From contig CAWFJJ010000008.1 in the NCBI GenBank assembly GCA_963816185.1, positions 320,001-384,000 of the forward strand: DNA of 64,000 nt. Direction: 5' to 3'. This document shows positions 49,678 to 58,489 of this stretch, in pieces. The number at the start of each line of letters is the position of its first letter. Positions within the stretch are counted from its first letter, which is position 1. Source of the DNA: Thermoanaerobaculia bacterium. Its GTDB lineage: Bacteria > Acidobacteriota > Thermoanaerobaculia > UBA5066. Both the position numbers and the translations under genes were made by a program. Below the pieces are notes generated by a model that was given only the letters and a program-made list of their open reading frames with translations, ran no database searches and was not told the DNA's origin.

Positions 49678-50130
49678 CTACGGTTTCTTCGCCGACGGGC
49701 CATTTTGGGCCACCGCGGCCTTCACGAGCGCCTTGAACGCGCCCGCGTCGACCTTCTCCCCTTCGTGGATGTCGATCGCCCTTCGCGTGTTGCCTTCCAA
49801 GCTGGAATTGAAGAGGCGCGATGGGTCTGGGATCCTGGCCCCCCGGGCGAACGTGAGCTTCACGACCTTCGTGTACGCCTCCCCGGTGCAGACAATCCCG
49901 TGGTGCGACCAGACCGGAGTGCTCCACTTCCACTCCTCGGTCATCTCGGGGTCGGCTTCCAGGATCAGTACCCGCATGCGGGCCAGGGTCTCCCCGCGCC
50001 ATCCCCCCAGGTCCCGGATCCGCTGGTCGATGAGCCGGGAAGCGGGTTTCCCGGTCGCGCCTGCCTTCGGCGGGGCGATCGCGGCCTCTTTCTTCGGCGC
50101 CTTTCCGGCCTTCGTTTTCGGACTTTTCAT
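49678..50130 (-). CDS. DUF1801 (YdhG-like) domain protein
   Basis: EEWKWSTPVW, KLTFARGA, LFNSSLEGNTRRAID. Confidence 0.85.
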   Translation of the reverse strand: MKSPKTKAGKAPKKEAAIAPPKAGATGKPASRLIDQRIRDLGGWRGETLARMRVLILEADPEMTEEWKWSTPVWSHHGIVCTGEAYTKVVKLTFARGARIPDPSRLFNSSLEGNTRRAIDIHEGEKVDAGAFKALVKAAVAQNGPSAKKP

Positions 50131-50186
50131 CTGGTCTCCCCCGAGTGCCGAAGCAGTGTACGTCTACCTCAGGAGGCTACATAAGG

Positions 50187-50217
50187 TGGTGAGCAGCTGA
50201 ACGGCGATCGAACCGTC
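50187..50217 (-). repeat. Degenerate direct repeat of the tRNA-Ala 3' end (att-like site)
   Basis: TGGTG(AGC)AGCTGAACGG(C)GATCGAACCGTC here versus TGGTG(G)AGCTGAACGGGATCGAACCGTC at 51164-51191. Confidence 0.75.
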
Positions 50218-50236
50218 CGCCGGCCACGTGGTCACG

Positions 50237-50257
50237 ATTACACAAGTCTTATGTAAT
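50237..50257. promoter_or_regulatory. Palindromic operator upstream of the XRE gene
   Basis: ATTACA-CAAGTCTTA-TGTAAT. Confidence 0.5.
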
Positions 50258-50310
50258 AGAGCAAATCTGCCTCGTCGTTGCTTCGCCCAAGCGCTTCTAA
50301 ACTTGAGCCA

Positions 50311-50697
50311 ATGGCACGGAAGCGGAAGAAGAAACCGGGCAAGACGGAGACGCTCGGGGATCGGATTCGGCGCTTTCGGATCGCGAAGGGGCTGACACAG
50401 GCCGAGCTCGCGGCGCAGATCGGCGTGCCGCAGCAGACGATCACTTACTACGAGGTGCGTGGCGTCTCGCCGCCACCGGCGCTGCTCGTCGCGATCGCCG
50501 ACGCGCTCGACGTCTCGACCGACATTCTTCTCGGCCGCAAGAAGGCGCCCGGTGACGGGGGATCCGCGCCTGCGAGCAGCGTGCAGCGGCAGAAGCACCT
50601 GAAGAAGCTCGACGCGCTGCCCCCACACGACCAGAAGGCCGTCTTCAAGATCATCGACGCGTTGGCGGAGCGACGGGCGAGAAGCCGCGGCGACTGA
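50311..50697 (+). CDS. XRE-family HTH transcriptional regulator
   Basis: LGDRIRRFRIAKGLTQAELA...IADALDVSTD. TAAACT ends 7 nt before the ATG. Confidence 0.85.
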   Translation: MARKRKKKPGKTETLGDRIRRFRIAKGLTQAELAAQIGVPQQTITYYEVRGVSPPPALLVAIADALDVSTDILLGRKKAPGDGGSAPASSVQRQKHLKKLDALPPHDQKAVFKIIDALAERRARSRGD

Positions 50698-50765
50698 CGG
50701 CCCGCGACGTCACGCCGCGCAGGGGAGCGGGTAAGAGAGCTGGGGCTCGCGCGCTGCGCGCGGCG

Positions 50766-51116
50766 TCACCCGTGGGCCAGGCGATGTGTCGCGCTCGGCT
50801 TTTCTTTCGAGGCCGCGATCTTCTCGAGCGACCGGCCGATTTCCTGGACCGAAACCCCCGTCTTCACGAGCGCCTTCACGAGTAGGTCGATCGAGACGGT
50901 CTTGTCGGCCGCTTCCATCTTTGCGACGCGCGGCTGGCTCGATCGGACGATCTTTGCGACTTCGACCTGGCTCAGCCCAGCGCGGGTCCTTTGTGCCCGG
51001 AGCCGCTTCGCGAGAGCGACCTTCACCTCGATGATGGCCATGTCCTCGTCCGAGAGACCGAGAAAGTCCCGAACCGTGACAACCTTCCAGCCGGGGCCTG
51101 ACACATTGGGGAGCAT
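50766..51116 (-). CDS. XRE-HTH protein, HigA-like antitoxin (orphan, N-terminus possibly altered)
   Basis: GWKV...FLGLS, GLSQVEVAK, SSQPRVAKMEA, SIDLLVKAL. Confidence 0.72.
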   Translation of the reverse strand: MLPNVSGPGWKVVTVRDFLGLSDEDMAIIEVKVALAKRLRAQRTRAGLSQVEVAKIVRSSQPRVAKMEAADKTVSIDLLVKALVKTGVSVQEIGRSLEKIAASKEKPSATHRLAHG

Positions 51117-51130
51117 ATCAGAACTGATAT
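51115..51130. promoter_or_regulatory. Perfect palindrome overlapping the start of the HTH gene
   Basis: ATATCAG-AA-CTGATAT. Confidence 0.55.
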
Positions 51131-51163
51131 CGACTACTCAGGGGGATCGAGGAAGGATCAAAG

Positions 51164-51240
51164 TGGTGGAGCTGAACGGGATCGAACCGTCGACCTCCTG
51201 AGTGCGATTCAGGCGCTCTCCCAAACTGAGCTACAGCCCC
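51164..51240 (-). tRNA. tRNA-Ala (anticodon CGC)
   Basis: Reverse complement GGGGCTGTAGCTCAGTTTGGGAGAGCG-CCTGA-ATCGCAC-TCAGG-AGGTCGACGGTTCGATCCCGTTCAGCTCCACCA. G3:U70 pair and encoded CCA. Confidence 0.96.
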
Positions 51241-51306
51241 ACCCGTTCGAAGAGGCGGCGAGATTAGCGGGACGCAGACTGCCCGTCAAACGGCGCGAGC
51301 GCGCGG

Positions 51307-51825
51307 TCAGCTGCCTATCGAGCGGGGCCCTTCCGTCAGCTTGCGGTTGATCGCGCGGAAGATTCCTTCGATGAGAACATCTTCGCCGAGAATGGTCCTG
51401 ACGAAGAAGCGGACCACCCGTGATCTGATCGTGGCGTCCTCGACGATCGTGACACGCGTCGTGTCGCCGTTGGGCGAGAGGACGATCGTCCACGTGCCGG
51501 AATACGCGAGGCCGGGCTCGACGGTCTTCACGACGAGCTGGACGGGCGGCCGCTGGGTCGGAGCTTCGATCTTGATCGGCGAGCCGAGGACCTCCAGCGT
51601 GGCGGGCACGCGGTTCTTCTCGGCCGGGCTCTCGATGTTGGCGAGGTCCGAGCGGTCCCACGGGAGCTGGCGGATGGAAAGCAGCGCGGTCCAGACGCGC
51701 TCGGGACGCGCGTCGTAGACGCGCGACGCCTTCGCGACGTGCTCCGCTCTCATTCCCGCACCCACGACGAGGACGATGAGTACGAGGCCGACGAGGACGG
51801 CGGTGAACGTGAGAAACCTTTTCAT
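51307..51825 (-). CDS. SRPBCC-like membrane-anchored hypothetical protein
   Basis: N-terminal TM, ARPERVW, YSGTWTI, TRVTIVE. Confidence 0.65.
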   Translation of the reverse strand: MKRFLTFTAVLVGLVLIVLVVGAGMRAEHVAKASRVYDARPERVWTALLSIRQLPWDRSDLANIESPAEKNRVPATLEVLGSPIKIEAPTQRPPVQLVVKTVEPGLAYSGTWTIVLSPNGDTTRVTIVEDATIRSRVVRFFVRTILGEDVLIEGIFRAINRKLTEGPRSIGS

Positions 51826-53096
51826 CGGACGGTCACGAGCCCTTCTGCAAGGAGATTTTCCTCTTCCTCGGATCCACGAAGAAGATCCCGGAGGCTCGTC
51901 CCCTGCAGCACGGCCCTCTCTTCCCGGTTCGCCTTCGCGAAGACCCGGTGCAACGTCCGGGCCGCGGCGTCGTGGCCCGAAGGCACCGCCCGGAGCGCCG
52001 ACTCACCGATCGCGCGGGCGACGGCGTAGAGGGAAATCGTCTCGGGTGCGCGGGCGAGCGCGAGATTCCCGTCCGCATCGGATGCGAGAAGGCCCTCGCC
52101 CAAGAGCTCCGCGACGAGCGGCGCAATCTCTTCCTCGGGCCGGCCGATCTCGGCCGCAAGACCCGCGCGCGTGCGCGTCGCGCGGTCGTTCTTCCAGGCC
52201 GTCGCCATGACGAGCAGGAGGCGCACGGCGACGTACAGACGGCCGCCCTCCTCGGTGCGCTCGGGGGGCGAGTCGTGGTCGAGAAACTCGTCCCGGTACT
52301 GGATCGCATGGGCGAGGGAAACACCCCCGAGAAAAATCGTCGTCAAGATGCCAATCGCGATCACGAAGATGACGATGGCCGAGATCGAGCCGTAGGTCTG
52401 GTTGACGGACGTGAGGAGCAGAACGCCGCGTGCGAAGCCGATCCGCAGAAGCGTGAGTGCGACAGTCACGAGGAAGGCCGCGATCGCCGCGGGTCCCCAG
52501 CGGACGTACGAGCCGGGCAGCTTCCGGTAGAGATACACGATCAGGCAGAACGACAGGAGCGATCCGAGGAAACGGAAATCGCCGAACGGAGCGCCGCTCT
52601 CGAGAAGAAAGGACGTCAGGACGCCGGTTGCGACGGGCCCGAGGATCATGACGGAGAGGGCCATGCCCAGGCGCCGGAGCCGCCGGCGCGGCACACCCGT
52701 GGAGCCCCAGAGCGCCTGGACTGCGCCTTCGACGAGGAAGAACGTCCGAAGCGACGTGGCGAGGAAGAAAAGCGTCGCCGTGCCCGAGACCGACGTCGCC
52801 TTGACGCTGAACGTCTGCAGGTCCGTCACGAAATCGCGCCCGGCGCCCGGGAGGATCCGCAGCAGGCGGTAGAGGCCGGTGCCCGACCCGCCGAAGAAAG
52901 TCGACGTGAGAACGGTCACGCACGCGACGAGGGGAACGAGCGTGAGCAGCGCCGAGTACGCGAGGCTCGCCGCGAGGTCGAAGCCGCGCGCGTCGAGGAA
53001 ACGTCGGACCGTCCCCACGAGGATCGCGCGAGCAAGGGGAGGAACCTCGTGAAGCTTCCGCCCGGCCAGGCGCACCGGCGCCGTCGAGGAACGCAT
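51822..53096 (-). CDS. YihY/BrkB family membrane protein with C-terminal winged-helix domain
   Basis: AASLAYSALLTLVP, TYGSISAI, C-terminal LARAPETISL. Confidence 0.85.
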   Translation of the reverse strand: MRSSTAPVRLAGRKLHEVPPLARAILVGTVRRFLDARGFDLAASLAYSALLTLVPLVACVTVLTSTFFGGSGTGLYRLLRILPGAGRDFVTDLQTFSVKATSVSGTATLFFLATSLRTFFLVEGAVQALWGSTGVPRRRLRRLGMALSVMILGPVATGVLTSFLLESGAPFGDFRFLGSLLSFCLIVYLYRKLPGSYVRWGPAAIAAFLVTVALTLLRIGFARGVLLLTSVNQTYGSISAIVIFVIAIGILTTIFLGGVSLAHAIQYRDEFLDHDSPPERTEEGGRLYVAVRLLLVMATAWKNDRATRTRAGLAAEIGRPEEEIAPLVAELLGEGLLASDADGNLALARAPETISLYAVARAIGESALRAVPSGHDAAARTLHRVFAKANREERAVLQGTSLRDLLRGSEEEENLLAEGLVTVR

Positions 53097-53165
53097 CGCG
53101 CGTCCATCGTACCTTCCCCTGACGCGCGGGCTGTGACAAGATCGCCGGCCCGAGGAGGTCGGACC

Positions 53166-53456
53166 ATGGCAAACAGCACGGTCGAAGACGCCGCAAGAGC
53201 CGTCGAGCAGAAGATCGACGCGACACGCGAATCGGTCGGTGAAAAGACCGGCCGCTTGCGCGAGCGCGTGGGCGAGGTCGCCGGAAACGTGAAGGCGCGC
53301 GCGGGGGCGCTCCGGGACAAGCTCGCCGATACGGATTGGGAAGACGTCCAGACGGGCGTCAAGAACTACGTGAAGGACAACCCAGGCAAGTCGGTCGCGA
53401 TCGCTCTCGGCGTGGGTTTCGTGCTCGGCATGCTTCTTCGCCGGAGAGACGACTGA
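53166..53456 (+). CDS. DUF883/ElaB-YqjD-like tail-anchored protein
   Basis: YVKDNPGKSVAIALGVGFVLGMLLRR. RBS GGAGG. Confidence 0.85.
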   Translation: MANSTVEDAARAVEQKIDATRESVGEKTGRLRERVGEVAGNVKARAGALRDKLADTDWEDVQTGVKNYVKDNPGKSVAIALGVGFVLGMLLRRRDD

Positions 53457-53743
53457 TGGACGACGCCGCGGTTCGCGAGCCGGCGCCCCACGGCGCCTCG
53501 CCCGAGGGCCCGGTGGGGCGGCCCGGAGAGCCCTTCGAATTCTTCCCGAAGGACATCGACTGGAAGAGGGCGGCTCTCGAGACCGTGCAGCGCCATCCGC
53601 TGGCGTGCCTCGCAGGCGCCGCAGCCGTGGGGTTCATCGTGGGCCGCTACCGCGGGCGCGTCATCGTGGGGGCCCTCGCCGGAGTCGCGACGAACATGGT
53701 CCTCCGCCAGCTCGGCGAATCGTTCACGGCCGGCGACCTGTAG
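53456..53743 (+). CDS. Small membrane hypothetical protein
   Basis: TGATG coupling to the upstream gene. HPLACLAGAAAVGFIVGR. Confidence 0.65.
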   Translation: MDDAAVREPAPHGASPEGPVGRPGEPFEFFPKDIDWKRAALETVQRHPLACLAGAAAVGFIVGRYRGRVIVGALAGVATNMVLRQLGESFTAGDL

Positions 53744-53783
53744 GCTTTTTCGGCTTCGGAATTCGGAAATCTCTGCTGATATA

Positions 53784-53807
53784 CGGCGGCTGCTGATGCA
53801 GCCGCCG
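53784..53807. repeat. Perfect 10-bp hairpin
   Basis: CGGCGGCTGC-TGAT-GCAGCCGCCG. Confidence 0.55.
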
Positions 53808-53823
53808 ATAGTTGAAAATCTTC

Positions 53824-53902
53824 TCCCCGATTGGCCGATGTCAAGGGTTCGTGACCGCTGCGCGGCGCGCGAAGCGCGCCCTTGACATCGGCCATTCGGG
53901 GA
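53824..53902. repeat. 24-bp inverted repeat (23/24 match) with structured spacer
   Basis: TCCCCGATTGGCCGATGTCAAGGG ... CCCTTGACATCGGCCATTCGGGGA. Confidence 0.8.
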
Positions 53903-53962
53903 ATACGGTCCCCATCTGTATTAGCAAGAAATTCCATCTCTCCATCTGAGTACACTCCACCC

Positions 53963-55090
53963 ATGGAGAAGGCGATCAAGCCTCATCCGTCGATCCTGAC
54001 GTTCGCGTCATCGGCGGGTTGAGCCTGCAAGCTGGGTCAGTCTGACCTGGTGAAGCTGCTGGATGCCCTGCCGCGGGCTCACGACCCGCGTGCTCTCGTC
54101 GGATACGACTCGTCCGACGACGCGGCGGTGTTTCGCCTCGGCTCTTCCGACGACCCGGATCCCGAGACGCTGCTCGCCACGACGGATTTCTTCACGCCGG
54201 TCGTGGATTCTCCGTTCGACTTCGGGCGCGTCGCGGCGGCGAACGCACTTTCGGACATCTACGCGATGGGGGGCGAGGCGCTCTTCGCGCTCAACCTCGT
54301 CGGCTTTCCCATGAAGGTGCTTCCGCTCGAGGTGCTCGGCGAGATCCTCCGTGGCGGCGCCGAGGTGGCGCAAGATGCCGGAGTTCCCGTCCTCGGAGGG
54401 CACTCCACGGATTTCGACGTGCCCTTCTACGGCATGTCCGTCACGGGCCGCGTGCGCCTTTCCCGCCTGCGCCGGAACGTGGGTGCGAGGGCGGGAGACA
54501 CGCTCGTCCTCACGAAAGCGATCGGAACGGGAATCCTGACGTCGGCGATGAGAGCCCAGGTCCTCAGGGAGAGCTCTTTCTTCTCGGCCCTCAAGAAGAG
54601 CTCGGGACCGTCGGAGGAGGAGGAGCGCGCCACCATCGCCTCGATGACGAGGCTGAACCGCTCGGCCGCGCGCGCGGCCGACGCCTTCACGATCTCGGCC
54701 TCCACGGACGTGACGGGCTACGGGCTCCTGGGCCACCTCAGGGAGATGCTCGGCTCAGGCGGCGTCTCGGCCGAGCTCTCGGTCTCCGCCGTTCCCGTTC
54801 TGCCCGGCGCGCGCCGGCTCGCGGGGGCCGGAATCGCGCCCGACGGCAGCCGCCGCAATCTCGCCGCGGCACGGCCTTTTCTCGAGGTCGCTCCGGGCGT
54901 CTCCGAGACCGATCTTCTTCTTCTCGCCGACGCGCAAACGTCGGGCGGTCTGCTGTTCGCGGTGCCGACCCCCTTCGCCTCTGCGCTCGTCGCGTCTCTC
55001 CACTCAAGCGGGGACAAGGCGGCGGCCGTTGTCGGGCGCTTCCTTCCGGCCGCCGACGTTCGCGCCGGAAACCTCCGCGTCGTACCCTGA
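53963..55090 (+). CDS. selD: Selenophosphate synthetase, selenocysteine-containing (UGA at 54020-54022)
   Basis: SSAG-U-ACK at the active-site Cys/Sec position. DDAAV, TTDFFTPVVD, ANALSDIYAMGG, TDVTGYGLLGH, QTSGGLL. Confidence 0.92.
54032..54050 (+). promoter_or_regulatory. Candidate bacterial SECIS hairpin
   Basis: CTGGGTC-AGTCT-GACCTGG starts about 10 nt after the in-frame UGA. The apical loop contains G. Confidence 0.55.
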
Positions 55091-55114
55091 CCACCGGGAA
55101 CAGAGGAGGTCGCC

Positions 55115-55450
55115 ATGACCGAGGACCCGAAGAGCGAGGAGCTCTGGGAAAATGTCGCGCCCGCCGCGAACGAGACGGAGGCGGCGCTCGTCGCGGGGTT
55201 TCTTCAGAGCCGGGGAATCCCGGCACGCGTCGTGGACCGGAGCTTTCACCAGACGCCGACGGAGAGCGAAGATCTTTCCCCGATCGAGGTCGTCGTCCCC
55301 GTGGTGCGAGCGGACGAGGCCCGGACCGCGCTCGCGAACCGCGAGCGGGCGTTCGCCAAGGACCCGGGAACCCCTTCCGATGTGCAGACGGACGAGGGGC
55401 CGCGGGACGTTCCGCCCGAAGGCGAGGGAGGGCCGGAAGACGTTGGGTAG
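55115..55450 (+). CDS. DUF2007-like hypothetical protein
   Basis: EAALVAGFLQSRGI, EVVVP...ARTAL. RBS GAGGAGG. Confidence 0.7.
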   Translation: MTEDPKSEELWENVAPAANETEAALVAGFLQSRGIPARVVDRSFHQTPTESEDLSPIEVVVPVVRADEARTALANRERAFAKDPGTPSDVQTDEGPRDVPPEGEGGPEDVG

Positions 55451-55474
55451 AATCCCTGAGGAGTTCGTCAGCGT

Positions 55475-57577
55475 TTGAGCCCTGAACAGATCGGCCGGTA
55501 CGTCATCCTGCGCACGCTGGGACGCGGCGCCATGGGCGTCGTGTACCTGGCCCGCGACCCCCAGATCGAGCGCGAGCTCGCCCTGAAGACCATCCGGTTC
55601 GACACGGGCGAGAAGAGCTTCGGCGTCGAGGAGGCGAAAGCGCGGTTTCTGAAGGAGGCGCGCATCTCGGGGCGTCTCCAGCACCCGCACATCGTGACGG
55701 TCTTCGACGTGGGCGAGGACCAGGGCACGCTCTTCCTCGCTATGGAGCTCGTGCAGGGTGGAAGCTTCGCGCAACGGCTTTCCGACCCCGCCGGCTTTCC
55801 GTTGCGCGACCGCATCCGCGTCGTCGCCGAGGTGGCCGAAGCGCTGGCGCATGCGCACGAGCGCGGAGTCCTTCATCGCGACGTGAAGCCCGCGAACATC
55901 CTCCTGTCGCCGACGCTCTCGGCGAAGGTGACGGACTTCGGGATCGGCAAGCTTCTGACCGGCGACACGGAGCTCACGTCGACCGGCCAGATGGTCGGCT
56001 CGCCCGCTTACATGTCTCCGGAGCAGATCAAAGGCGAGAAGCTGGACGCGAGAACCGACATCTTTTCGCTCGGCATCGTCCTCTATCAGGCGCTCACGCT
56101 GCGCAAGCCCTTCCCCGCCGACACCCTCACGACGCTCGTCTACCAGATCCTTCACGAAGAGCCGATGGATCCGGCGTTGGTGACGAACGACGTGCCCGAG
56201 GGCATGAAGGACATCATCAAGAAGTGTCTCGCGAAGGACCGCGCGAACCGCTATTCCGACGCCGGAGAGCTCGCCGCCGATCTGCGCGAGATTCTGGGGT
56301 TCTCGGCGGTCGGCTCCACCGCCGGCCTTTCGGAAAGCAAGATCAAACGCGTGCGGTCCTCGCCGGGCGCGCCTCCGCCGATCGCGCCACTCGCCGGGTC
56401 CGCGATCCCCGCCTCGATGGCGCCCACGGCCGCCGTCCGGGTTGTGCCGCCCGTCGGGAAGCTCCCGGAGGTCGCGGGCTCCACTGTGGTTCCCGCACGG
56501 CCTCTGATGCCGGCCGCAGCACCACCCGATCCGGAATCGGAATCGCCCACGATCACGACCGGACGCCGCATGGGTGAATTGATCGCGAAAGGCGCCGGCG
56601 CCGCGGCGCCGGCGCCCCCGAAGAAGAAAGGTGCCTCGCCTTTCGTCCTGGGGGGCGGTCTTCTCGTGGTCGCAGCGGTCGTGCTCGGCGTGCTCGCACT
56701 CTCGAAGAAGAGTGAAAAAGACGTCGCGGAGCTGCCGCCCGTTCCGACTTCGGCGCCTGCGGCCTCCGTCCCGACACCCGTTCCAACCCAACCGCCGCCG
56801 GCTTCGACGGCGCCCCGCGCAATTGTTCCTGCGACCGCCGGACCGGCGGTGGCGGTCGTCGAGACGCCGGCGCGCTTCGTTTCGCCCACCGTCGCGCCCA
56901 CGAAGAAACCACGAGGCAAGCCGACGGCCACGCCCGAGGAAGCCGCAGCCGCAGCAGCGGCCGCAACCGCCGCGGTCCCCGCGGCGCCGAAGGCCCCCGC
57001 GCTGAAACCTGCAGACCTCACGGTCACGATCCGCCGGTTTCTCAAGCTCGACGTCTCGCCGAGCCAGGCGCGCGTGTATCTCGACGGGCGTTACATCGGC
57101 ATCTCCGACGACTGGGACGACTCCGGCGGCGGTTCCCTCCTCACGTTCAACCTCGAAGGCACTCACCGGATTCGCCTGTGCGCACCGGACCATCGCGACC
57201 TGCGGGTGGAGGTCATCGTGCGGGCGACTGCGACCGACGACAAGGTCACGATCGACCGCAGCCTTGAAAAGGGCTCACCCGACGGCCCCACGGGTCCCGC
57301 CTGGCTTGACGGGGGAAAGCTCAAGCGCCCGAGCTACCGCACGGTGCGCGACGCCGTGTTCAACGTCCAGCCGCCCGACGCGATGGTCTCGGTGAACGGC
57401 CGCCAGCTCGGGCCCGCGTCGAAGTTTGCGAAGGAGGACCTTCAGTTCGCAGACATGGCGGTTTACGAGGTCCTCCTGACCGCGCCCGGGTACGAGCCCA
57501 AACCGCTGCGCGTTCTCGTGGGCCCCGCAGCCGGAGAGGCTCGCGCGAACATCAAGGAAAAGCTCAAGAAGATGTGA
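55475..57577 (+). CDS. Membrane Ser/Thr kinase with Pro/Ala linker and PEGA-like domains
   Basis: GRGAMG, HRDVKPAN, DFG, YMSPE, a TM segment, ARVYLDGRYIG and VSVNGRQLG. Confidence 0.9.
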   Translation: MSPEQIGRYVILRTLGRGAMGVVYLARDPQIERELALKTIRFDTGEKSFGVEEAKARFLKEARISGRLQHPHIVTVFDVGEDQGTLFLAMELVQGGSFAQRLSDPAGFPLRDRIRVVAEVAEALAHAHERGVLHRDVKPANILLSPTLSAKVTDFGIGKLLTGDTELTSTGQMVGSPAYMSPEQIKGEKLDARTDIFSLGIVLYQALTLRKPFPADTLTTLVYQILHEEPMDPALVTNDVPEGMKDIIKKCLAKDRANRYSDAGELAADLREILGFSAVGSTAGLSESKIKRVRSSPGAPPPIAPLAGSAIPASMAPTAAVRVVPPVGKLPEVAGSTVVPARPLMPAAAPPDPESESPTITTGRRMGELIAKGAGAAAPAPPKKKGASPFVLGGGLLVVAAVVLGVLALSKKSEKDVAELPPVPTSAPAASVPTPVPTQPPPASTAPRAIVPATAGPAVAVVETPARFVSPTVAPTKKPRGKPTATPEEAAAAAAAATAAVPAAPKAPALKPADLTVTIRRFLKLDVSPSQARVYLDGRYIGISDDWDDSGGGSLLTFNLEGTHRIRLCAPDHRDLRVEVIVRATATDDKVTIDRSLEKGSPDGPTGPAWLDGGKLKRPSYRTVRDAVFNVQPPDAMVSVNGRQLGPASKFAKEDLQFADMAVYEVLLTAPGYEPKPLRVLVGPAAGEARANIKEKLKKM

Positions 57578-57583
57578 GCGGGG

Positions 57584-58489
57584 TCAGATCGGGCCCGCCA
57601 GGATGCGGAAGCCCGCGGCCTTCTTGATCGCCTCTTCGAGCCGGCGTGTGAGGACGAGAGCGATGCCGGCGAGAAGCGCGGCGCCGTTGGGCGCGCCCGA
57701 AGCGAGAAGCTCGCGGAAGACCGGGCGCGTCAGGACGTAGACCACGGCGGGACCTCCGTGCGCGAATACGTCGGCGGACCGCGGTGAGTCGTCCACGAGT
57801 GCCATCTCACCCACGATCTCGCCGCGCCCGAGGATCGCGAGCGCTTCTTCTCCTCCCGCGATCTCGAGCGAGACGCGGAGCCTTCCCTCGGCGATGAGGA
57901 ATGCCTCGTCCCCCCGCTCTCCCGCCGCGACGAGAGCGGCGCCCGGGAGGACGGTGCGGGCGACGAGCCCGAGCGCGGGCAGGAGCGACGGGTCGAGACC
58001 CGCCGTCTCGAAGAGGTCGCTTGCGCGTGCCGGATCGATCGGGCCGTCCTCGATCGTGCCGGTTCGCGGGGCGCGTTCCTGAGGAGGAGGCTCCGACTTT
58101 TCGTCGAAGAAGCGCCCGAGGGCGGCGTTGGTCTCGCGGAGCGCGGCCGTGAGGCTCGCGAGCGCGAGCCTGCGGAAGGCGCCGCCCGAGGGGCTCGTGT
58201 CGAAAAGAAGCGCGCGGGCTTCGTCCGCGGGAAACCACGCGGCCACGCTGCCGGGGTCGGGCGCGACGCGCGCGACTCCCGGCGATCCGCCGAACGGGAC
58301 GCGCAGGTCGAGAAGCGCGGGCGCCGCGAGGTGAGCGACGGGATGCGGCCCGAACGGGGTCTCGGCGAAAAGGGTCGCACCGCCCTCGAGAAAGAGGTGA
58401 AGAGAGCCCGCCGCCGTATCGCGGAGCTCGTCTCCCGCCGTGAAACGCCTTCGCGGCCGCACACCGGCGAGAGCGGCGGCGTCGCTCAC
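57584..58489 (-). CDS. Cyclic-nucleotide-binding domain protein
   Basis: GERGDEAFLIAEG, GEIVGEMALVDDSPRSA, plus a degenerate N-terminal repeat. GTGA overlap with the upstream gene. Confidence 0.75.
   Translation of the reverse strand: MSDAAALAGVRPRRRFTAGDELRDTAAGSLHLFLEGGATLFAETPFGPHPVAHLAAPALLDLRVPFGGSPGVARVAPDPGSVAAWFPADEARALLFDTSPSGGAFRRLALASLTAALRETNAALGRFFDEKSEPPPQERAPRTGTIEDGPIDPARASDLFETAGLDPSLLPALGLVARTVLPGAALVAAGERGDEAFLIAEGRLRVSLEIAGGEEALAILGRGEIVGEMALVDDSPRSADVFAHGGPAVVYVLTRPVFRELLASGAPNGAALLAGIALVLTRRLEEAIKKAAGFRILAGPI

Larger units (their letters stand above)
50218..51163. mobile_element. Integrase-less genomic islet remnant at tRNA-Ala
   Basis: Bounded by the tRNA 3' end and its degenerate copy. 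Contains two XRE-HTH genes. Confidence 0.55.

Noticed and set aside
54020-54022. selD as a nonsense pseudogene
   Set aside because: The stop falls exactly at the Cys/Sec catalytic position and is followed by a SECIS-like hairpin.
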